Shown in pieces: positions 11,850-24,414 of a stretch of DNA of 64,000 bases. The DNA is from Lama glama. Lineage: Eukaryota. Made by a program: the position numbers and the translations under genes. Within the stretch, counting starts at the first letter, position 1; the number at the start of each line of letters is the position of its first letter. Below the pieces are notes generated by a model that searched no databases, was not told the DNA's origin, and saw nothing but the letters and a program-made list of their open reading frames with translations. The stretch covers positions 38,008,001 to 38,072,000 of the forward strand of contig CM052818.1 of NCBI GenBank assembly GCA_028534125.1, given 5' to 3'.

Positions 11850-12900
11850 ATATTATAAAAAGAAATGGAAACAGGTTGAATCCTTGTAAATGAAAGCCAA
11901 AACACATTGGTTTTGGTTTAAAAAACTCAATTTACACTTTTGTGAGTGCCAGCATCAAATCAAAATAACGAAGAAGGATAATAATGAGATGGGGAAATAG
12001 TAGGGAAATGCCTATGTCTAGGCATTACTTCTACACAGCAGAAAGAGTCATCCTGATATTAAAATAAAATCATACAAAAAGCATATACCTATAAAATGAA
12101 ATTATTTAATATAAAGGACAAATCACAATAAAGATGTACTCGTCATGGATCTGTGTTCCGAATTCACTAACCCCAAGGTTTATAAGAAAAAAACCTTAAA
12201 AGACAACCAGCAAGATGAAAAAGAATATTAGTCAGTCTCGGACTGACATATATTGTCATATTTTTTACAGCTCAATTAGAGCAAAATAACATAGTATTAG
12301 AATAATATGATTAATGTATTAAACCAAATAGATGATATCAAAATGTGCCCCTTATATAAAAAAAGCATTTGTAACATTGTTCCAATACATTTACAAACAA
12401 AAGATTACAGTTACAATTACAAATTTTCTATTCACAATGTAATAAAACCAGAAATTTATTACCAAGTGATAAAGAAACTAATCTAATCATTTGGAAATAA
12501 AAACAAAAACCTCTGCTAAATAATCTTTGCATCAAAAGCTTAATCAAAGCTGTCTGACAAGTTATTAAAATTAACTACAATGAGACTTTATGTATCATAG
12601 TAATCTCATTATAGCTGTTTAGTCACTCCTAGGCATAGCTGAAACTTTAAAAAGAGCAAAATTCATTTACTTAATTATATTTTTCATTAAATAAGAAATA
12701 GTAAAACTAAATGAAATAAATATTCAACCCCAGAAACTAGAAAAGTTGCAGCAAAATAAACCTTATAAATAAATTAAAAAGTATTATATTAGAAAATGGA
12801 AAAGAATTTAAATGCATCAGAAAACTTTTAAAATTAAAAACCAATAATATGGATGCAAATATATCATCTATTAATGGAAGCCAAGAAGAAGAAAATATAA
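11850..12900 (+). mobile_element. Highly degenerate L1 ORF2 5' region, A-rich
   Basis: 'ctaaataatctttgcatcaaagc', 'attcaaccccagaaactagaaaag' and strong A skew. Confidence 0.5.
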
Positions 12901-12929
12901 GTGTGCAATGTGATGAAGACCAAAAGGCA

Positions 12930-13109
12930 TAAAAATAACAAGTTTATGCTGTACAGCACAGGGAACTACATTCAGTATCTTATAGTAGCCTATAATGAAA
13001 AAGAATATGAAAACGAATATATGTATATATATGTACGACTGAACTATTATGCTGTACATCAGAAATTGACACATTGTAAACTGACTATACTTCAATTAAA
13101 AAAATAAAA
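12930..13109 (+). mobile_element. Short 5'-truncated young L1 3' end (cetartiodactyl/camelid type)
   Basis: aacaagtttatgctgtacagcacagggaactacattcagtatc...tgctgtacatcagaaattgacacattgtaaactgactatacttcaattaaaaaa; similar to the copies at 37.9 kb and 51.6 kb. Confidence 0.88.
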
Positions 13110-13709
13110 CCTGATATTTCAGTTTGCCTTAAAAAAATTTATAGTTTTCTAAGAGATTGCCTGCCTTCATTCTCCGAATGAAGAATTGTGAATACTCATC
13201 TTAGCTTCCTTCAGTCTGATCAAAATGTGCTACATGTAGGGGAGTTTTTCTTTCCAATACAAGGAGGTCAATCCCATCCAATTTACAGTGCTGCTGCAGA
13301 TTTTTCTCCCTTTTGTAATGTTAATAGTTTTACCAAAGACTTTTTTTCCCACTTGTTACTGTTTTTACTGTTGCAAAGCATTTTACCCCTTCTCTTTTGT
13401 TAGGAAACTAGAAACGCAAGGGGCAATGACAATGTGAAGTCAACATGCTACTTTACTGTTATAACAGGGTCACCTTATTAGTCTGACATTTGCCTTGTAC
13501 AATACAGGACTTTCTAAGATGTACCTGGAGTATTGGCTTAATCTGGAGACCGGTCCAATTCTTCGCCCAAAGGTCCCTATCTTATTACTGACCACATCCT
13601 GGAGAGCAAGGATCCAAACGCCTCATGAGGTAAGGATAAAACTACCAATGAGCAATTTATTCAAATTTTGAGCTTTGAGCAGAACCACCTATATATATAT
13701 AAAATAAGT

Positions 13710-14393
13710 ATTTTTTTAACCGGGTTTTATTGAGAGATAATTGACACACAGCACTGCATAAGTTTAAGGTGTACAACATAATGATCTGACTTACATACAT
13801 CACGAAATGATGACCACAGTAAGTTTAGTGAATGTCTATCATCTCATATAGAGACAACATTAAAGAAATAGAAAAAAAAAAGTTTTCCTTTTGGTGAGAA
13901 CTCAGGATTTATTCTCAAAAACTTTCATATATAATGTACAGCTGTGATGATGATCTTTATCATGTTGTAAATTACTTCCCTAGTACTTATCTATCTTGTA
14001 ACTGAACGTGTGTACCTTTTGACCACCATCATGTAATCCCCCTTCCCCTGAGCCCCCATCCCCATCTCTGGTGGCCACAAATCTTACCCCTTTTTCTACG
14101 AGTTTATTTGTTCTAGAAGTATAATTGGCCTACAACACTGTATTAGTTCCTAGCACGCAACATGATGACTGGGTATTTCTATACATCCCAAACGATCACC
14201 ATAAGTCTAGCTGTCATCTGTTACCATACAAAGAGATGATATAGTTATTGACTATATTCCCCGAACAGAATCACAGGTACAGAAAACCAACAGGTAGCTG
14301 CCAGAGGGGAGGAGGGTGGGAGGAGGGGAGAAGCAGGTGAGGCAGAGGCAGAGGTACAAATTTTCAGTTACAAAATAAATGAGCCACGGGTAT
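13710..14393 (-). mobile_element. L1 3' UTR (L1MA9-related) with a 5' inversion
   Basis: 13710-14262 is antisense L1 3' UTR (ttttattgagagataattgacacacagcactgcataagtttaaggtgtacaaca...). 14263-14393 is sense L1 3' UTR (acagaaaaccaacaggtagctgccagagggg...gtacaaattttcagttacaaaataaatgagccacggg). Confidence 0.85.
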
Positions 14394-15329
14394 ATGTGTA
14401 TATCCCTTTAACACACCTGGTCCTTGCCTATTGGTAATCAGAGCTTTACTAGCATCTTGGCAACTGAACGATCTGATAAGCACCTCCACTTGCGGAGGGA
14501 GGATGGGGAGAAAGAACACTGCTTCCAGCTACTCACTTGTTTTCTTTCGGATGAGTGTGGCCTGAGGCAGAAAGGGTTACACTTCGGCTAAATAAGAAAT
14601 GCACATCTTACCTTAGTGTCAAGAGACTCCAAGAGCAAGAATGAAACACTGGTCCTGGCATGGTTAAAGATGCGGCTGTGGATTTTCCTTTGCCCCTGCT
14701 GATGATTTATAGGATGTGCATAATCAGCTAGATTTGGCTAACATATGTAAATGGCTCCTAATGATTGCTTAAGTAACAAGGATTCTGCTATGAAAGCACT
14801 GTATAAAAGCAAATTTCCTCTGAATAGAGTGCCTTGAGAACAATATTTTTCTGAGCCTTGATATGGAGTAGTGAGTTAAGCCCACTGTATTTTTATATAT
14901 CTCTGGGAAAAACAATTAGTTCTTTTCAGTAAATGAAAAGGCATCTACAAAGAAAATTCTTTAGAAAATAGTTCATCAACCAAAGCCTAAGGGAATTGAA
15001 GGGAAAACAACTGTTGTCGAAACATTTTTTTTTCTGCCTCCAATTAGAAAAACAATATATTTAACCTCTGGTCTTTACCGTTGGGTGAGATCATTGGTTT
15101 GCTTCTCAATTCTATTCCCCAAAGATTTTCTGGGACACCGAGTGCTGAAATTATGAAGATGAATGAAAACCCTGAAGTTTGTCAGAGACAGATCTATAAG
15201 CATGTGTAATTCATCTTGTGGTTTCTTCTACTGAGACTTTATTGCAGGTGTTTAAAAATATCAGTGAGAGTTCTGGCATGTGGAGTCATCAACCAGAAAT
15301 AACTTTGCATCAAATCCCCAAATGGTCTT

Positions 15330-15506
15330 TCTGATTGGCAGGCATGCACAGGCTGAGAAGTAGCATTTCCTCTTTCTTAGACTTGTTCTGCCCTTTATAT
15401 AAAGAAGGCAGCAGTTCTAACTAAAATTCTTGAAAGTAATAGATCTTAATGTGGATTCGATTCCATATTGGTGGCAGACCCCTGCACTATAGATAACAGG
15501 TAAGTT
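15330..15506 (+). promoter_or_regulatory. Candidate TATA promoter and short first exon
   Basis: Inverted CCAAT (ctgattggc, 15331-15339), TATATAAAG at 15396-15404, and a perfect donor CAG|GTAAGT with the exon ending at 15499. Motif arrangement only. Confidence 0.35.
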
Positions 15507-16149
15507 ATAAAGGACTTCCTGGCTGTCTACAGCAGCTAAACTTAAATTATAAAACTTTAGGACTAAATGAAACTTTAGGAATTTTCCCATTCATTATTAA
15601 TTCTGTCATTTTGCAAGAAAGAAAAACACCCACAAAACCTAAGATTTAAGAAATTTAGCTGTTTTGACTAAGACCACAAGGCTAAATAAAACCTTTAGAA
15701 TTCTTGACTCACAAAAGTTACCTGTCTTGTGTATCAATATTTTTATCAAGCTCAAGATGATTATCTTACTAATTAAAAACATCACAATGCTTTGCTTGAT
15801 CTTAAGAAAGATATTGTCTGAATTTTCAGAAGTGGGTAGAAGATGTACTGTGGAAGTATGTGATGGTCAGATCTTGCTGACTGCTTTGAGATAGAAAGAG
15901 TAAGATGGCAGTGACCATTCGTGAATGACATGAGGACAAAACATCAGGTTACACTAAATCTGTTTTCTCATTCCCCAGATAAATGCAGTTGAAGTGTTAG
16001 AAAAAATGTTTATTTTCATTATATTTTCTCTGATGGTATTACAAAATGCTAGCCAGAGTACATACGTGATTAAACAAGAAGCCCAAGGCAGGTTCACTTA
16101 ACTTGTCAGCTTCTTGTCAGCCTGGAAGGAACTTCCAGGGGTCTCACTC

Positions 16150-16990
16150 ACGATTCCTCCCTTGGACCTATTGGGTTCAATACTCTCAGCCACTAACTGA
16201 CAAAAAACTGGAATATGGGCTTAGCAAATGGAATCCTTGGTAAAGTTGGAAGAGAGCACTTAGTGTTGTCGATGGCAAAATCAGAGTTAAAAATTATCTT
16301 TAAATATGTAATATTTTAAGCCAATAAAATAAAACCTGACACTTACAAATGCATAAAGTTCCATATTTAGGATCAAAAATCCATTTGCATCAGTAGAGAA
16401 TGCGAGAGACCATAGATGTCTCACAGTTTTATTTTTAAAACAGGCTCGATATGAGCCTGTGATCTCATGTAGCTAATATATTCTAACACTGAATTTGCAT
16501 AAATTCATAGATAAAGCTGACTGAGTCATAAGGAGTCTGAAGGTTAACCCTGCATTGGGAGTTTTGCAGTTCAGATATCACATTTTTAGAGGACTGTCGG
16601 TCCATTAAAAAGCATGGAGCAGAGAGGGACAGAGGCAGGCAGATACCGGTAGCTAGAAGATGTCAGAGTCCGGAGACCCATATGAACAAATTACAGTTGA
16701 AAGAAACCCAGACATTCATCAAAACTTCCTTCACATATTAAGTACTGATCACTCTATAAGATCATGGAAGTATAGAGCCTTACTGCTGCCCTGGAAAAAC
16801 TCGCAACTGCATGAGGGAGAAAGAGGTAAATAATTCCAGTGTTCTGTATTGGAATGGAATAGTGTACAGGGCACTGAGATAGCACAGAGAGAGGAATGGT
16901 TCCTCATGGGGAGAGGAGCAGACCAGGGTGTCAGGATGGTTTCAAATGGGGAATATTTAGCTTGAAAAGAAGGCTAAGGGAAAGAACTGT
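16150..16990 (+). mobile_element. CR1/L3 LINE fragments with an intervening L2 piece (~16710-16930)
   Basis: 'aaatgcataaagttccatatttagg...catcagtagagaatg', 'caggctcgatatgagcc', 'gttttgcagttcagatatcacatttt' and 'ggggaatatttagcttgaaaagaaggctaaggg' match CR1 ORF2 3' phrases. Confidence 0.65.
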
Positions 16991-17049
16991 TGGAATCCGC
17001 CTGACAGTGGGTCTATGTGATAGCTTTAGCCATCCTACAAATAGGCTAT

Positions 17050-17380
17050 GATCGTTTCACTTCTGTATCTTTGCTCATTCCACTGTTCCTCCTGTAATGT
17101 CCCCTCCCATAAATTTTATTGACACTTCATGGCTTTGTTACAAACCAGTCTCTTCCATCTTACCAGCCCACAGGGCTAGGTCTGAGCTGACCCCGAGGGC
17201 AGGCATTTCCATCACACATACTTGGTGCATCATTTGTTACATCATCCAACGCTTCCATCATCACCAATTCGCCTGATCTTGTATTATATACCCTTTAGAG
17301 CAGGAATGAAGTATCTTTTCCCGTCCTTGACCATGCTTTGTACCAAAGCTGAACAAACCTAGATTCAATAAACACTTTGT
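17050..17380 (+). mobile_element. L2 3' fragment
   Basis: 'tctttgctcattccactgttcctcctgtaatgtccctccc', 'ttagagcaggaatg', 'ttcaataaacactt'. Confidence 0.55.
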
Positions 17381-19769
17381 AGAAAGTCAGTTAGCCTGCT
17401 TTCTTTAATAAAGAACAATTCTAGGCCTCCGACTAGCGAGCTGACTTCCCAAGTCCCTTCCTTTGTGCATCACTTCTCTGTCTAAGAAAGCAGAATTCCT
17501 TCCTCTGGTATGAACTTCCACCGGAAGGAGAGGAGTGAGAAGGCACTGCACATTTCTGACGGGTCCAGTCTGGTGAGGCTGTCAGATTAGACAAGGCTAC
17601 CTGTCCCCGAAGGTGATCCGGAATCTAGAACAATCTCTGATCTGTTGTCCCAGGTGTAGTGATATTTAATCCATAAAGTTTTGAGCCACAAGGAAAACTG
17701 ATGGCTTTATGTCTTGTGTCCTAAGACTTGCCAATGTATCTTGCTTTTAATCTTTCTTATTTTATTTTTTTCAATCCATTACAAAATTATTAAAAACCTC
17801 AGGCACGGGCAGTGGTTCTTTGGGCTCATTTGTGCATATCCTGGTGGCTTGTTTGCTTCTGAAAACCAGTCTTTTCTGTCGAACATGCCTTCATCTTGTT
17901 ACAAAACAGAGCTCATGAATTCGGCCCTGCCCAGGGAACAATCAGCATGCTGGTGATTGCTTTGAAAGCAGTATAATACTAATGCAGGATCTCATTAGAA
18001 CCCCTTTCCTGGGAGCTGGGGGTTTCTTCCCAATCCAAATGGAGACTGTGGTGTTCATTATGTGTTCAGAAGAGCTGCTTCTCTGTACCATCAGATGGCC
18101 TCAGGAAAGAAAATCTTTTGACCTTTGTAATTGCTACAATGTTCTGTAGGGTTCTTTCTCCACTTGAACAGAGCAATAAATATTGCAGAGCCGTACTTTT
18201 TTTCCCTCCTAAAATGCAATTAAAATAGAAGGAAAAAAGTCTTCCGAGGGCATTTCAGTGGTGCCATAGCATCCAACCTCTGGGAGGGGCAATAGTTGTG
18301 GGATTGTGCTGCAGGTAGCAAGACTCCGGGTCCATTTGGGACAACTTCCAGCAACCGGCTCGGGGCCTCCGGTTGCAGAATCAGTTCACCCAGGGTTTTC
18401 AGCTCCTGGTTTTGTACTCATTACAGCTGTCTTGTCAGGGTAGGTATGTGATCAGTTTCTGGACTGCAGGCTAAGCCCAATAAATTGCTGAACTCGGCTC
18501 AAAAAGCTAATTACCAAGTCTGGTTCATGTGGTGCAGGAGAAAAAGGACGGAAACTAAAAATTAATGTGCAGACAAGCAGTTTTTTTAAAAAAAATTAAC
18601 TTCAAAAATACAAATATTCCACTGCTACTACTTGGGCCGGAGCAGAGTTGCAATTTTACCTCCGAGTTCCTGCCCCTTTACCACTTGCCAACCTGCTTCC
18701 TTTTTCTGTTCTCTTACAGGTACGTGTGGGGCTGCGCTCTGACACCTGTCAGGGCACAAGGTGTGAGTGGTCTTTCCAGACACATTAAAGATGTCCACAT
18801 TCAAGGTAAATACGATGTGGGGTTTTTGTAGAAATACATATTGGGCTCCAGTTCACAAGTTTTCCTGAAGGGCCACCGTTTTTATGAAGGTAATTCCTTG
18901 GTGCATTTCAAGAAAAAAGCATTTTTTTTCAGACTGGCAATATAAAAATAACTGCTGGCGTGTTCACAGCCGGCTGCCTGGAACTTTGGAAGCTGTGAAG
19001 GAGGCAGTGGGACCATCAGCACAGCTGTTCTGCCCTGGGGGCAGTTTGGGAGGCTGAACCATCCCCCTCCCACTCAACTCTTTTCCACTGGGTCTTGGGT
19101 GCGGCAGAGTAGAGTGAGCAAGTGGACTCTCATCTTCTTTTTGTTTCCATCTCCTTCATCCTTACAAATATGGTTCCTTTCAACAGATACGGTTAAACAA
19201 TCTTAGCTTTCTTGTGCCGGATTTAAAAATCTGCTAAGAAAGCAGATTTAAATCAAAGGGACTGTAGAGTGTAAACTCTGTCTTTTCAGTCTTGATCCCT
19301 ATTGTGCCTGGCACAGTGCCTGGCATCAAGAACTAGGACTGGCACGTAGTCTTTGTTGGAATAAGAGAGAAAAGGAAAGAAGTGGAAACATGACCGGTTC
19401 ATTTACAAGTTCTCGATCTGTTTAAAGAAACACAATGCTCAAAGATTAGCAAGTAAATACGGTAATGCTTTCACAAAAGGATATGCAAAGTGCTTCAGGA
19501 TCACCGTGGATGGAGTGCCTGCAGGGCATAGCTTTGTTTCAACAACTTTTGAAGCAATAGTCTGAGAGGTTTCGTACTCTGGATCTGTTGTTTCGCGTTT
19601 CCCAAAAGCTACCCTGTTCCTTCTCTCTCCAGCTAAACACAAGTATCATTTCCAGAGTCCTTACCGGGACTCGGGTGCCGTGGCAGGTGCTCCAACTCGT
19701 TGGGTGGAATCCTTGCAACAGTTCAGTCATGTAAATATACTCCAGGGAAACACAGTTATATCGATTTGA

Positions 19770-19895
19770 AAGACCTAATAATCGAGGCTCAGGAAATGTA
19801 GGTCACTTCTCAAATGCATAGTATCTGTAAGGGGCAAATTAAGGCTTCAAATCTAATTATGTCTTAAACACTAAGCCTGTTATCCATCCACACTA
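19770..19895 (-). mobile_element. MIR fragment
   Basis: gaggctcaggaaatgtaggtcacttctcaaatgcatag...ggcaaattaaggcttcaaatcta. Confidence 0.6.
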
Positions 19896-20439
19896 CCATG
19901 CCATAGGACTGGAGAATAAGAGAAATAAAATCCTGTTTTCTCTGCTTAGAAGAAAAAAGTGTCTACATTTAATCTCCCCTAATTCTTCAAGCGTTGTATG
20001 TTCATTTCTTAGGTGCTTTTCTTATCAATACCTCACAATGATCTTTATTAGCTTTATTGAAAATTAGGAATAAAGGAAAGCCTAGAAAATCCCCGTAACA
20101 AGTCAACACTACCTCCGCGCGGGTCCTCCAGTTTATCCTGGAAAAAACTTTGCAGTTGGCTAATGGTTACAACATCCACAAAATAACTTCTTTCTCTTTC
20201 CTCATTAAACTAAGGGGAAAAAAAAAATCAACTGATGCACTGCATCTTTGTTGACTGGTGGCTCATTACAGAGGCTAATAAGAGAAAATACATTCTCATA
20301 TACTGATCATTGGAGCTCAGAGAATTTGAGGAGAGCCACCTGCTGAGTAAGTACCCATTTCTGCTTCTGACTTTGTATGTATTAGTCTGGTCAATTTCCC
20401 CAAGCTGGCCTGATTAGGAAAGTTTTATTAAAACAAATG

Positions 20440-20941
20440 GAGATGAGACAAAGTTAGCAGAGAAAAGCAGAAGCTGTGCCTGAACCACTCACACCATCTT
20501 TGCCCTCGGCCAGATGTGGCAGAGCCTGTAGTTCCTTCATCAGAACCTAAGGCTCTTCCTTCTTGCACACAGCTATGCTCATCCCCGCCTCCTCTGCAAC
20601 CAGCTGCCATCTTCCATGTTCCACCCAAATGAGGAAAATGAGGTATGCTGCTTTCAGATCCCAGCAACAAACCACCATCGCGTGCACATGCACAATTTTT
20701 CTCTATCTCTTCCTCTCTTTCTTTAACTTTCTCTTTCTCTCTCCCATCTGCCTCCTAAACTTTTTTGGTTCAGGTGACTTATAAACCACGTATCAAATGT
20801 AACAGACCTGTTGTAGACTGGATTCCTGAATTACTGCATGGACATCACTGCTTCCTTTGCCGAACTGTCACTGATTAGATTTGAGCAAGAAGCAAATTTC
20901 TATGTATGAAGCTCCTCAAATCTCAAGGATTGTCTGTTACA
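20440..20941 (+). mobile_element. Old MaLR LTR fragments (MLT1J/K-like)
   Basis: 'cagctgccatcttcc', 'gattcctgaattactgcatgga', 'gagcaagaagcaaatttctatg...ttgtctgttac'. Confidence 0.5.
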
Positions 20942-20944
20942 ATC

Positions 20945-21306
20945 TGTTATGAACTAAATGTCTGTGTCCCCAACCCAAAAATTTATACAATGAAACCCTA
21001 CACTCCTCCTCTCATATAAGAAGGGACGGCATTAGGAGGCGGGGCCTTTTGGATATGATTGGATGAGGTCAAGAGGGGGGAGCCCTCGTGAATGGGATTA
21101 GTGCTCTTATAAGAGACAAGAGCACATGCTTGCCCCGCTCTGCTCTCCGAAGTCTACAGTCCGGAAAAGAACCCATCAGAACTTGACCATGCTGGGACCC
21201 CAGTCTCAGATTTGTAGCCTCCAAAACTGTGAGAAAAACAGTTTTTGTTGTGAATAAACCACCTTGTCTATGATATCTTTGTTATAGTAGCCCAGCTGAT
21301 TAAGAG
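20945..21306 (+). mobile_element. MaLR solo LTR (MLT1A-like)
   Basis: tgttatgaactaaatgtctgtgtcccc...gagccctcgtgaatgggattagtgctcttataagagac...gcctccaaaactgtgagaaa...tttgttatagtagcccagctgattaaga. Confidence 0.88.
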
Positions 21307-21491
21307 CGTAGATCTTACTAATTTCACCAATATAGATCCCTTAATAGATTTACCTGTTTATATGATATGTTTTTGTTCTTTTAAGAAAAAGACTTAGAAA
21401 AAAAAAATCACGTCACTTTTTAACATATTTGCATTGAAATTTAGAAATGAATCAATCATTATGTCTATCAATCTCTATGTCTATTTAACTT

Positions 21492-21597
21492 TATAGATAT
21501 AGATGTAAATATAGACATAGAATAGGCATAGATGTAGGTGTAGACATAGCTACACAGATGTACACATAGATTCAACTGTAGATAAAAATATAGATGT
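21492..21597. repeat. Degenerate hexamer repeat (TAGAYR)n
   Basis: tatagatatagatgtaaatatagacatagaataggcatagatgtaggtgtagacatag. Confidence 0.7.
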
Positions 21598-22569
21598 GTT
21601 CCCTTACAAAGATAAATTGACATCTATACACACGTTTAGCACAAAGCTCAACACATACTATGTTTCAGTGAAGGTTTTGTGAACTTGAAACTTGAGGTGA
21701 AAACAATCAAATTGAACACAGTTGCCTGGAAATTTTACTTGTGATTTATTTACTATCACACCAATAAGAACTTCAAGACACAATTTAATTTATAAACAAA
21801 GGAACACAAAAAGAAACTAAGGGAAAGAGGAAGAAGGTCACTTTTTAGTTATATGTGTGAAATTCTCCATGAAAGGTTTATGCTGAAGATCTAAGTATCA
21901 ATCTCTCAGGTGCAAGTTGGATCAATCAAGAAGGGAAATTCAAAATTTGAGAAGAAGTATCATGGTAGATTTTAAGCCCCTTGTAGAAAATAAGCCCCTC
22001 AAGAGTCAGACTATGTTCAACTTAACAAAGCGTTTTGAGGGATGACCATGAATAAGTCACTCTGCAAAACTGAAACAGGAATAATGCCTAGCAGGTAAAG
22101 GAGGGCTTCCCCAGCAAGGAGAGGACAGACTTAGGGAAGATGATTTCAGTGCTGTGTAGTAAGTATGGTCGAGGTGCACATAGGATACAATGGAAATTTG
22201 GAGAGATCACAGAAAGATTATGAGGGGAGATGACAACAGAGAAGATTCTTGAAAGTCAGGAAGGTTTGGGTGAGCATCAGCTGGAAGCAGACAAGCGTAG
22301 GAAGACAGCAGACGGGGCATATTTCTCTACAGACTCATTCTGCTCAAAACCCCTTCCATGTCAGAAAGGTCGTATGTACAACATTTTTTTATGATTGCTA
22401 TTTGGAAGAAATCTATTAAAAGGCTGCAAATATGGAAAGTGCCTCAAATCAGATCAAGGATGAGGAACTCTTGGATGTTGAAAAAGGAGATCATATCACA
22501 TTTACAGGGAAATAAAGTAGAAAATTACAAAACATGCAGAAAAACAAGGGCTGTTGAAGTAGAGATAGT

Positions 22570-23120
22570 GAGTGGAGTAGACCACGCTTGGAGCTGCAAA
22601 TAAGGCAGGGGGGAGAGTCATATAATCAATTCACCTGCAACAAATTCGGGATAAAGTCCATTCCAGGTTGGTTCCATGGCTCCACTACACCATCGGGGAC
22701 CCTCAGGCCCTTCTTGTATTCCTCATCAGCTAATATTTTCTGTTGTCAAGGTTGTATAAAGTTTCTTATAGCTCTAAACACTATTTCCTGACATAGGAAA
22801 TATGCAGGACAAAGGAGTGCAGGGGAAGAAAGATTTTCTTCTTGTTTATTTCTTTTCTCTTGTAACGGAAGGAGAAAAATCTTTCCCGGAGACCAAGGCA
22901 CACATAAGAACCCTTCAGTTCTTATGCTCTCTGCAGGCAGATTTGGTTACATGTTCTCTTCTTGACTAAGCACAGACAAAAACAATAAAGCCTGCTATGA
23001 TAAGATAAATGAACCATCATTCAAACTCTGGGGCTGGACACATAGTAGCTCCCCCCGAAAGAAGGTCCTGGTAGTTAAGAAACAGTTATCCACTCTGATG
23101 AGTGGATAACTAAATGTGCC
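22570..23120 (-). mobile_element. Old MaLR LTR (MLT1K/L-like)
   Basis: 'ttccaggttggttccatggctccactacaccatcggggaccc', 'aaaatctttcccggagacc', 'ggggctggacacat'. Confidence 0.5.
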
Positions 23121-23708
23121 AAGCACAGGGAACGCAAATCAGGTCACAAGGCATAAGGAGCTGGAAACGACCTGGAAATAATGTTCAAGAAGACTGTTAT
23201 TAGAACTGTATGGAAATAACTAGGTCTGTGTATCCCTTCCACCTCTCCAGCTTGAGTTTCACAGTGTTCATTACCTGCCTTGTAAACAGCTAAAGCAGAG
23301 GAGAATATGCGAAATCAGGCTGGTGGGGGACAGAGGGCTTCCTAATCCAAGAAGTACAAGGACCCTAAACCCCAGATTACAAATTGTCAGCAAATCCCAC
23401 ACATCAGCACATCCTTCCCCTCCGACACACTGAGAAAGCAAACTCCTGTAGACAGAGCATCCATTCACAAGGAAGCAATCTGAGACTCTCAAAAAATATG
23501 GTTAAGAAACCGTCAGTGAGAGGCACCCAACTAAACCCAATGAGCTGAAAAACAGACTGAAAAGTGTAAGCAAAGGATAAACACAAATTAAGCAAATCTG
23601 ATATTTTCAGAGAACTTCAAACAATTAGCACATTCATAAAATAAGAAGAGGCTGCTAAAATAAAAAGAACCAATTAGAGATCTTGAAAAATAAAAGTAAA
23701 GTCACAAC

Positions 23709-24414
23709 TGCAAGGGCAAAGATAAATTTAAAATAAGAGGCTAAATCCTCTCTGTTGAAAATAAAGACATAGACTCCCTTCCTCTCTTTTCTTAGATCAT
23801 TTACTTTGGAAAACGTGTAATTCCAAGTTCTTTTTCAGTCTCTGTGAAATGTATGAAGATCTTTTAAAAAGCTAAATAAAACTCTTGCCCACTTTACAAC
23901 CCAGGAATATCTTCATCAAGGCCTGAGGGCCACGTCTTTGAAATGTAACCATTCGAAAGGAGAGCAAGCACTGTAACTCCCAGGTTCTGTGGGAGGATGG
24001 AAGCCCAGCTTAGGCTCCCGCCACGCTGTAAAATTACCTTCTGTGATAAAAATATGAGGTTTCCTTTCTTCTCCCCTTTGGATAAAGCCAATTAGCCAAC
24101 ACAGATGGTCACGCCAACTACCAAGTAAATTTAAGATGACTTGCGCGTGACAAATGATGCTGCAAGTCCTCTTACTTGCAGACTAGTTATTACTTATCTT
24201 GAGAACATGGGTGTAATGGGCTGTGTCTGTTACATGAAAAGGTGAGATTTCTTTCTGTGTTTGCCAACTCTTAGAAGGTTACCGGTGATGCACATCACAT
24301 TCTTGGTTTAATGCTTATTTAATAATAAAAACATTTTTTTCTTTCTCTTCTACTCTGGTCAAGAGTTTCTCTTGGGTGTTAGGAAGGTTTGCTTTAAATC
24401 ATATTTCCCCAGTA
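23709..24414 (+). mobile_element. ERV1-class solo LTR (MER34/MER89-like)
   Basis: 'tgaaatgtatgaagatcttttaaaaagctaaataa...tttacaacccaggaat...ctttgaaatgtaaccat', poly(A) signal aataataaaa near 24321, end 'atatttccccagta'. Confidence 0.75.

Noticed and set aside
14537..14561. Minus-strand 25-nt microexon-like signal (ctttctgcctcag...CAA|gtgagt)
   Set aside because: Not frame-preserving, no neighbouring exons found, and such pairs arise by chance.
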